Below, piece by piece: positions 62,594 through 64,000 of a stretch of DNA of 64,000 bases; the stretch's first letter is position 1, and each line of letters starts with the position of its first letter. The position numbers and the translations under genes are program-made. This stretch comes from Treponemataceae bacterium. GTDB taxonomy: Bacteria; Spirochaetota; Spirochaetia; Treponematales; Rectinemataceae. The stretch lies in NCBI GenBank assembly GCA_963678065.2, contig CAXXVZ010000003.1, forward strand, positions 1,184,001-1,248,000, in the 5' to 3' direction. The notes under the pieces were generated by a model. That model had not been told where the DNA came from, searched no databases, and worked only from the letters and a program-made list of their open reading frames with translations.

Positions 62594-64000
62594 ATGAACG
62601 ACGATATGGGGTATGGTTTCTTCGGAGACGACAGCATCTATTCGGAACATCCCGATCCGGCATGGGCGCGCAGGAACTGGATTCCTCTCGACGGGACATG
62701 GAAGATCGCCCACAGGGGCCGCGAAGAGGAGATACAGGTACCCTTCCCCATAGGAAGCGAAGCCGCCGGTGTCGACTTCCGCGACAGCGGCACTTTCACG
62801 TATACACGCTCCTTCGACCTGCCAGGCTTTGGCTGCGGGAAGCGGTATCTCCTGCGCATCGGCGCCTGCGACTACGAGGCAAAGGTGTCCGTGAACGGGA
62901 AAGAGGTCGGACGGCATCGGGGCGGATACGCTTCGTTCTCCTTCGACATCACGGAGGCGGCCGTGCGCGGGAAGAACAGGCTGGAAATCCGCGTCCGGGA
63001 TTCGCACAGTCCCTTCATGGCGCGGGGGAAGCAGACATTCCTGCGCAATCCCTTTTTTGTGTGGTACGCCGGGACGGCGGGCATCTGGCAGAGCGTCTGG
63101 ATCGAGGAGACCGGGTCGAGTTACCTGAGGCAGGCGGATCTGCGGCCCGATTTCACGGAGCGCGTGGTCGAAGGATCGGCCCGCCTCGCCTCTTGCTTTC
63201 CGGCCGGCGCCCCCCTGCCCGCCGGCGCCGCACCATCTTTCGGACTGCGGCTGGAACTTGAGACAGTCGCGCCCGATGGTTCGCGCCGCAGGTTCACGAT
63301 CTCCGCCCCGGACGCGGAAGGCGTCTTCAGGCTCCGTTTCTCCTTCGACGACATCGGCGCGATACTCTGGTCGGTGGATCGGCCCGAGCTCTATGCGCTG
63401 CATTATCGCCTGTATGACGGGGATGAGATCCTCGATACCGTGGAGAGCTATCTTGGCCTGCGGAAGATCGATGTGGACAAGGGTGGCTTTTGCATCAATG
63501 GCGAGCGAACCTATCTCCGCATGGTGCTCGTTCAAGGCTATTATCCGGGGGGCTCGTATGCGCCCACAACCTTCCGCAGGATGGAAGAAGACATACGGGC
63601 GATCAAAGGCATGGGTTTCAATGGCGCGCGCATCCACGAGAAGGTAGAGAACCCCTACTTCCACTACCTCTGCGACAGGCTCGGCCTCATGACGAGTTTC
63701 GAGATGCCCTCGTTCTACCTGCCTTCGCGGAGGGCTTTCGCCGCGTACGAGAGCGAGCTTCGGGAGCTCATCGAGCGCGACTCGATGCACCCCTCCTGCG
63801 TCATGCGGATGCTGTTCAACGAGACCTGGGGAATCTGGGGCATGTACAATCCGCGTTCGAGGACCAGGCGTTTCGTGCTGGACATGATCGGGCTCGCGAA
63901 GAAGTTGGACCCTACCCGCCCGGTGATCGAGAACAGCGGCTGGGAGCACATACGCACCGACGTCGCCGATCTCCATCACTACCTCAAGACATCCGCGCTG
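62594..64000 (+). CDS. Glycoside hydrolase family 2 protein (5' part; runs off the window edge)
   Basis: Not in the ORF track. Manual translation from ATG 62594: ...EHPDPAWARRNWIPLDGTW...IGACDY...VNG..VG.HRGGY..FSFDIT...RGKQ...GIWQSVW...GFNGARIHEK...CDRLGL...HPS...FNETWG...DPTRPV (GH2 acid/base NE motif). Confidence 0.92.
   Translation, partial: MNDDMGYGFFGDDSIYSEHPDPAWARRNWIPLDGTWKIAHRGREEEIQVPFPIGSEAAGVDFRDSGTFTYTRSFDLPGFGCGKRYLLRIGACDYEAKVSVNGKEVGRHRGGYASFSFDITEAAVRGKNRLEIRVRDSHSPFMARGKQTFLRNPFFVWYAGTAGIWQSVWIEETGSSYLRQADLRPDFTERVVEGSARLASCFPAGAPLPAGAAPSFGLRLELETVAPDGSRRRFTISAPDAEGVFRLRFSFDDIGAILWSVDRPELYALHYRLYDGDEILDTVESYLGLRKIDVDKGGFCINGERTYLRMVLVQGYYPGGSYAPTTFRRMEEDIRAIKGMGFNGARIHEKVENPYFHYLCDRLGLMTSFEMPSFYLPSRRAFAAYESELRELIERDSMHPSCVMRMLFNETWGIWGMYNPRSRTRRFVLDMIGLAKKLDPTRPVIENSGWEHIRTDVADLHHYLKTSAL

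Overview
High-GC chromosomal window from a spirochaete (Spirochaetota; inferred from spirochaete-type FliF/FliH termini, the short omega subunit and Borrelia/Treponema-like gene order). Positions 1-25.1 kb are one uninterrupted minus-strand superoperon: mraZ-rsmH-ftsL-murF-mraY-ftsW-ftsQ-ftsA-ftsZ-xerD-dprA-topA-xerC-hslV-hslU, then a stripped-down flagellar cluster (fliF-fliG-fliH-fliI-fliJ-[fliM/fliY fusion]-fliO-fliP-fliQ-fliR, running off the edge). The main observation is that every rod, hook and stator gene normally in this spirochaete operon (flgB, flgC, fliE, fliK, flgD, flgE, motA, motB, fliL) is missing here. The retained proteins also appear to have lost their motility-specific parts: the FliG torque domain, the FliM CheY-binding peptide and most of the FliF beta-collar. 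The export ATPase and export gate look intact and the genes are joined by ATGA overlaps. This suggests a motor-less, filament-less flagellum-derived type III export or scaffold system; whether the missing genes occur elsewhere in the genome cannot be seen from this window. The middle of the window is housekeeping (HD hydrolase, degenerate STAND-like protein, RlmM-like methyltransferase, UvrD, miaA, rpoZ, zapA/zapB, infC-rpmI-rplT, fba, tatD, clpB, argR, KamA-family enzyme, guaA/purA, ybaK, GH57, pcnB, tsaE/tsaB). The last 5.5 kb is a LacI-regulated sugar ABC transporter plus a GH2 gene, with two palindromic candidate operators. Also visible: probable CTG start codons (ftsA, tsaE), several leaderless-type promoters, MraZ boxes and small repeats. 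No rRNA, tRNA, CRISPR array or transposase was recognised. All family assignments come from motif recognition by eye, not from database searches.
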